From the NCBI GenBank assembly GCA_045863335.1, contig BTVY01000049.1, positions 1-12,232 on the forward strand: a stretch of 12,232 nt of DNA, written 5' to 3'. The stretch comes from Candidatus Hydrogenedentota bacterium. Lineage in GTDB: Bacteria > Hydrogenedentota > Hydrogenedentia > Hydrogenedentales > SLHB01. Below are positions 7,869 to 12,232 of this stretch, one piece after another. Every line of letters begins with the position of its first letter. The first letter of the stretch is position 1. Below the pieces are notes generated by a model. That model searched no databases, was not told the DNA's origin, and worked only from the letters and a program-made list of their open reading frames with translations. The position numbers were made by a program, and so were the translations under genes.

Positions 7869-9244
7869 TGAAAACCATCCTCTGTGTTGACGACGAACTG
7901 AGCGTACGCGAAGCGTACCGCCTGATCCTTTCCGATCAGTACCGCGTTTTGCTGGCCCAGGACGGTCCCACCGCCCTGAAGATGATGAAAGAGAATCACG
8001 TCGATCTCGTCTTGCTCGACATGATCATGCCCAACATGGGCGGCATGGAAGTGCTCGACGAGATCGTCCGTTCGGACGGGGTCGTCCCCGTAATCGTCGT
8101 TACCGCGATCAAGTCCGTATCGACCGCCGTGAACGCCATTAAGCACGGCGCCAAAGAATATATCATCAAACCCTTCGACGTGGATGAGATCCTGCTGATG
8201 GCCGAGAAAACGCTCGCGGCCAACCAGAAGGAGCATGAACTTTTCATGCGCCGCAAGGCGGATGCGTCCGGGTTCGACGCCATCATTGGCGACAGCCCCG
8301 CGCTGCGTCAGACCATCACGCTCGCCCAACGGGCCGCCCAAGTGGATTCGACGGTCCTGATCACGGGTGAAAGTGGAACGGGCAAGGACCTCATGGCGCG
8401 GGCCATTCACACCGGCGGCATCCGCGCCAAGAATCCCTTCGTGGCCGTATCGTGCTGCGCCATCCCGGAGCAGCTCGTCGAAAGCGAACTGTTCGGTCAC
8501 GAGAAGGGTTCGTTTACGGGAGCATCCGAGAAGCGCGTCGGCAAAATGCAGGTCGCCGACCGCGGCACGCTTTTCCTGGACGAAATCGGCGAGATGCCCC
8601 TTGAAGCCCAGGCCAAACTATTGCGGGTCCTGCAGGGCGGCCAGTTCTACCCCGTCGGTAGTACCAAGGTGATTGAAGTCGACATCCGCTTCATCTGTGC
8701 GACGAACCGGGATCTCCGGGAGGCGGTCAAGCAGGGAATTTTCCGCGAGGACCTCTTCTACCGCGTAAACGTCCTTCACGTTGAAATGCCGGCGCTACGA
8801 AACCGGCGCGAAGACATTCCCGCGTTGGTGAATCACTTCGTGGCCAAACACCGGGCGCGCGTGAATGCCCAGGTAAAACGCTTCGCGCCCGACGCCATGT
8901 CGCTCATGGTGTCCTACGATTGGCCCGGCAACATCCGCGAGTTGGAGAACATGGTCGAGCGCATTCTCGTGATGAACAACACCGTCGAAGAGTTACGCAC
9001 CGAGAATCTGGCGGGAATCATGACAGCGTCAACCCCGCAGGACGCATCCGGCCAGGAAGATTACGACGGACTTCCTCTCGAAGAGGCCACCAGACGGCTG
9101 GAACGCCGGATGATTCTTCGCGCGCTCGAGCAATGCGAGAATGTACAGTCCCGGGCCGCGGAAATCCTCGGCACGACCCGCCGGATACTCAAATATAAAA
9201 TGGATCAGTTAGGCATCGAATCGGCCGAGCGCGAAGTCGGCTGA
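7868..9244 (+). CDS. Sigma54-dependent response regulator (NtrC/AtoC family; REC-AAA+-Fis HTH)
   Basis: REC has VDDE, LLDMIMP, VTA and KPF. Walker A GESGTGKD, ESELFGHEKGSFTGA, Walker B LFLDEI, FREDLFYR, WPGNIRELEN, and C-terminal HTH QSRAAEILG. GTG start overlaps the upstream TAG. Confidence 0.95.
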   Translation: MKTILCVDDELSVREAYRLILSDQYRVLLAQDGPTALKMMKENHVDLVLLDMIMPNMGGMEVLDEIVRSDGVVPVIVVTAIKSVSTAVNAIKHGAKEYIIKPFDVDEILLMAEKTLAANQKEHELFMRRKADASGFDAIIGDSPALRQTITLAQRAAQVDSTVLITGESGTGKDLMARAIHTGGIRAKNPFVAVSCCAIPEQLVESELFGHEKGSFTGASEKRVGKMQVADRGTLFLDEIGEMPLEAQAKLLRVLQGGQFYPVGSTKVIEVDIRFICATNRDLREAVKQGIFREDLFYRVNVLHVEMPALRNRREDIPALVNHFVAKHRARVNAQVKRFAPDAMSLMVSYDWPGNIRELENMVERILVMNNTVEELRTENLAGIMTASTPQDASGQEDYDGLPLEEATRRLERRMILRALEQCENVQSRAAEILGTTRRILKYKMDQLGIESAEREVG

Positions 9245-9349
9245 CGTTTGGCGCCTGCCCATATTAAACTGCCGGCGAGTTACGCTGCACGCGTACACCT
9301 CCGGCCATGATTCCAACTTGCGCAACAACAAGAGAAGGAGTGTGTGTTG

Positions 9350-10246
9350 ATGGATGTCACCGTGGTGGGCTCGATCGCCCTGGATACTGTGGAAACGCCG
9401 TCCGGCTTGAATCAGGAAGGACTCGGCGGCGCTGCGACGTTCTTTTCATTGGCCGCGGCGAACTATGCCCCGGTGCATCTCGTGGGCGTCGTTGGGGAAG
9501 ACTTCCCGGAAGAGCACGTGCGGCTTCTGGAATCCAAGAAGATCGTTCTCGACGGGCTTGAGCGCGCGCAAGGCAAGACCTTCCGCTGGACGGGCAAGTA
9601 TCACGAGGACGTGAACAACCGAGACACGCTGGAAACACAACTCAACGTATTTGAGCATTTCCATCCGAAGCTGCCGGCAGCGGCCTGCGAAGCGCCCTTC
9701 CTCTTCTTGGGCAACATCCATCCGAGCCTGCAGATCGAGGTCCTGGAACAAGCCAAACCGAAGTTCGTCGGACTCGACACGATGAACCTGTGGATCAACA
9801 TCGCCCAGGACGAGTTGCGTGAGGTGCTCAAACGGGTCGACGTGATCATCATCAACGATTCGGAGGTGCGCGATTTGACCGGAGAGACCAATCTGGTCAA
9901 AGGCGCCAAAGCGGTCAAGGCGCTGGGCCCGCGCATCGTGGTCATCAAGAAGGGCGAGCACGGCTGCTTGCTCTACAGCGACCAAGACATTTTCTCCGCA
10001 CCGGCCTATCCGATCGAAGAAGTGGTCGATCCGACCGGCGCGGGCGATACGTTTGCCGGCGGGTTCCTGGGCCATTTGGCGGGCACGGGCAAGACCGACG
10101 CGGCGACTCTGCGGCAGGCGGTAATTCATGGAAGTGTGGTGGCGTCGTTCACCTGCGAGAAGTTTGGACCCGACCGCCTCGCGGAAATCGGCCTCGACGA
10201 CATCACGTCGCGTTTCGCGGAGTTCAAGAAACTAGCCGAATTCTGA
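9350..10246 (+). CDS. PfkB/ribokinase-family carbohydrate or nucleoside kinase
   Basis: VVGSIALD, LGGAATF, GVVGEDF, NDSE, IKKGEHG and the anion-hole signature DPTGAGDTFAGG. AAGGAG RBS at 9335-9340 favours ATG 9350 (or TTG 9347) over GTG 9344. Confidence 0.92.
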   Translation: MDVTVVGSIALDTVETPSGLNQEGLGGAATFFSLAAANYAPVHLVGVVGEDFPEEHVRLLESKKIVLDGLERAQGKTFRWTGKYHEDVNNRDTLETQLNVFEHFHPKLPAAACEAPFLFLGNIHPSLQIEVLEQAKPKFVGLDTMNLWINIAQDELREVLKRVDVIIINDSEVRDLTGETNLVKGAKAVKALGPRIVVIKKGEHGCLLYSDQDIFSAPAYPIEEVVDPTGAGDTFAGGFLGHLAGTGKTDAATLRQAVIHGSVVASFTCEKFGPDRLAEIGLDDITSRFAEFKKLAEF

Positions 10247-10271
10247 TACCAAGTCCATTGCAGCAAATCGT

Positions 10272-10306
10272 AGTGCCGCGCTCGCCGAGCGCGGCACTCT
10301 TTATTT
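10272..10306 (+). terminator. Rho-independent terminator between convergent genes
   Basis: 12-bp perfect stem AGTGCCGCGCTC/GAGCGCGGCACT with a GCC loop, followed by CTTTATTT. Possibly bidirectional. Confidence 0.85.
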
Positions 10307-10324
10307 CCGCCGGCTGACCACGTA

Positions 10325-12073
10325 TCAGTACCCGATGGCGCAGCCATCCTTCCGCGGGTCGGAGCCGCCGAACCAACGCAGCGGATCGTCCGCCCGCCAG
10401 ATGCCCTGGTATCCGCCGTGGTCCGACTTGCCGCCCTGAATCGTGTGACCCATGTCCGCCATCCGCTGAATGACCGAATCGGGAATGTGCCGCTCGAAGG
10501 ACACCAGGCCGCCCTGTTCCATGCGCGATCCCGTGGGCTCGGAGCTCCCGCTATGACGGACGCGCGGTTGTTCGCCCGCCTGCTGGACGGACATGCCGAA
10601 ATCGAGCAGGTTCATCAGCACCTGCGCGTGGCCCTGCGGTTGGAAATCTCCCCCCATCACGCCAAACGAAAACACGGGATTGCCGTCCTTCGTGAGGAAC
10701 GCGGGGATGATCGTATGGAAAGGCCGCTTGTGAGGTTCCAAGCGATTGCGGTGTTTCGGGTCCAACGCGAACAATTCGCCACGGTTCTGAATCGGGAATC
10801 CCACCGACGGCGGCGCCATGTGGGACCCCCATCCGTAATAAAGACTTTGGATCAAGGAAACCATGTTGCCGTCCTGGTCGGCGGCGGTGAGATAGATCGT
10901 ATCTTTCGACCCGTCCCACGCGCCGGGACCCACCGACGTGGAAGCGCGTTGCGGATCGATCAGCTTGGCCCGCTCTTTTCCATACTCCTTGGAGATGAGC
11001 CATTCAATCGGCACATCCGCCCGGTCCATGTCCGCGTAGTAGACGGCGCGATCCTCGAAGGCCAGCTTCTTGGCCTCCACAAATAGATGCAACTGCTCCG
11101 CGGAGTTGGGTTCGAGCGAAGCAATATCGAACTGCTCGAGCATGTTAAGGATCTGCAAGGCTGCCGCGCCTTGGCCGTTGGGAGGAAGTTCCCACACGTC
11201 ATACCCGCGATAGCTCGTGGTAATCGGATCGACCCAATTCGCTTCGTGATCTTCAAAATCGCGCTTGGTAAACTTTCCACCGACCGTCTGCGAGTATGCA
11301 TCGATCTCGTCGGCGATGCGCCCCTGATAGAACGAATCGGTGCCCTCCCGAGCGATAGACTCCAGCGTGTCGGCGAGAGGCGCACACTGGAAGATCTCCC
11401 CGTAACGCGGGGCTTGGCCGCCTGGCATATACAGAGACGCAAGGTCCGGAAACTCATTCGCAGCGAACGGCCAACCCGTTGAGATCAATGGGGACACCGG
11501 GAACCCGTTGCGAGCGTAGTCAATCGCTGCGGCGAGGATCTCCGGCAGACCTTTCGATCCAAACCGTTCGAGCAATGCGCCCCACCCGCTCACGCAACCG
11601 GGCACACTCCACGCAAGCGGCCCCATGGCCGGAATCTTATCGAGCCCGAGGGATTGCGCCGCTTCCAGCGACCACTCGTACGGCGAGCGCCCGCTGGCGT
11701 TGAGTCCGAAAAGCCTTCGATCCTTCTCCGACCAGACGATGGCGAAGAGGTCGCCGCCAAGGCCGCAGTTAAAGGGCTCCACCACGGTCAGGGCCGCGTT
11801 CGCGGCTATGGCCGCGTCAATGGCGTTGCCGCCCGCCTTGAGAATGTCGATGCCTGCCATACTCGCCAATGGCTGACTCGTGCACACCATCCCGTGGCGG
11901 CTCACGACGGTCGAGCGGTTCTGATTGCGCCCCTGCAAGAGTTCTTCGTTCAACGGTGAGGTGTTCATCCCTTTCCCTTCCGCGTGCTGCGCCGGTGCCA
12001 TCGTGGTACACGATCCCAATACGGCACCGATAGAGGCCGCCCCGGTCACCTGCAAAAACGTGCGCCGCTTCAT
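10325..12073 (-). CDS. ggt: Gamma-glutamyltransferase family Ntn-hydrolase with Tat signal and lipobox
   Basis: GGNAIDAAIA, VVEP..GLGGDLF, SVPG, ELPPNGQG, autocleavage nucleophile D-T392-IY..ADQDGNMVS, KRPFHTIIP, GVMGG..QPQGH, SDPRKDG. N-terminus KRRTFL then LGS-C22. GGAGG RBS at 12081-12085 on the minus strand. Confidence 0.93.
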   Translation of the reverse strand: MKRRTFLQVTGAASIGAVLGSCTTMAPAQHAEGKGMNTSPLNEELLQGRNQNRSTVVSRHGMVCTSQPLASMAGIDILKAGGNAIDAAIAANAALTVVEPFNCGLGGDLFAIVWSEKDRRLFGLNASGRSPYEWSLEAAQSLGLDKIPAMGPLAWSVPGCVSGWGALLERFGSKGLPEILAAAIDYARNGFPVSPLISTGWPFAANEFPDLASLYMPGGQAPRYGEIFQCAPLADTLESIAREGTDSFYQGRIADEIDAYSQTVGGKFTKRDFEDHEANWVDPITTSYRGYDVWELPPNGQGAAALQILNMLEQFDIASLEPNSAEQLHLFVEAKKLAFEDRAVYYADMDRADVPIEWLISKEYGKERAKLIDPQRASTSVGPGAWDGSKDTIYLTAADQDGNMVSLIQSLYYGWGSHMAPPSVGFPIQNRGELFALDPKHRNRLEPHKRPFHTIIPAFLTKDGNPVFSFGVMGGDFQPQGHAQVLMNLLDFGMSVQQAGEQPRVRHSGSSEPTGSRMEQGGLVSFERHIPDSVIQRMADMGHTIQGGKSDHGGYQGIWRADDPLRWFGGSDPRKDGCAIGY

Positions 12074-12138
12074 ACCCCGTCCTCCGTCTGGTTCGGCATC
12101 CAGTATTCCGATTCACATGGAGAAGGTGCAAGCCCCTT

Positions 12139-12163
12139 TTGGAGTGCGAAGGCTTGCCTTCGC
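12139..12163. repeat. REP-like extragenic palindrome TTGGAGT-GCGAAGG-CTTG-CCTTCGC
   Basis: 7-bp stem with a CTTG loop preceded by TTGGAGT. It resembles TTGGAGTGCG-type extragenic repeats I recall from other GC-rich bacterial genomes. Only one copy lies in the window, so repetition cannot be confirmed. Confidence 0.45.
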
Positions 12164-12232
12164 CAGTACGCCACTGTGGTGGGGGGTTCAGGCCGGCGGG
12201 GAGAGCAGGCGGGAAAGCAGCACCCCCCAACC

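Noticed and set aside
6780-8500. Long antisense ORFs 6780-7724 and 7514-8500, and the other overlapping ORFs in the track
   Set aside because: Shadow frames of well-supported GC-rich genes, with no recognisable motifs.
3394-9244. PEP-CTERM PrsK/PrsR assignment
   Set aside because: The TM-GAF-kinase plus sigma54 activator layout is similar, but the H-box is AHEIKNP rather than the HDLKN type. There is also an extra PAS and a second kinase, and no exosortase context.
9241-9270. CTGACG-N18-TAAACT as a promoter for the PfkB gene
   Set aside because: Match to consensus is too weak to report as a feature.
11817-12230. 137-aa minus-strand ORF at the right edge
   Set aside because: It overlaps ggt out of frame and translates the repeat-like, low-complexity sequence.

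Overview
GC-rich bacterial window. An AT-richer 5' region carries a near-consensus sigma70 promoter and several palindromes. It leads into a tightly coupled five-gene + strand operon (452-9244): (1) a cobalamin-binding/radical-SAM-fold protein lacking the CxxxCxxC motif, (2) a FabF-like ketosynthase with a Cys-His-Gln triad instead of Cys-His-His, (3) an intact membrane TM-GAF-PAS histidine kinase, (4) a paralogous soluble REC-GAF-PAS kinase whose phospho-His is Gln, and (5) an NtrC-family sigma54 activator. Downstream are a PfkB-family kinase, an intrinsic terminator, a convergent gamma-glutamyltransferase with a Tat/lipoprotein signal, and a REP-like hairpin at the right edge. The most notable point is that three of the five operon genes are full-length ORFs with catalytic residues replaced. 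This suggests a signalling module built partly from pseudoenzymes, or a lipid-signal synthesis/sensing system. All family calls come from motif reading, not database searches.
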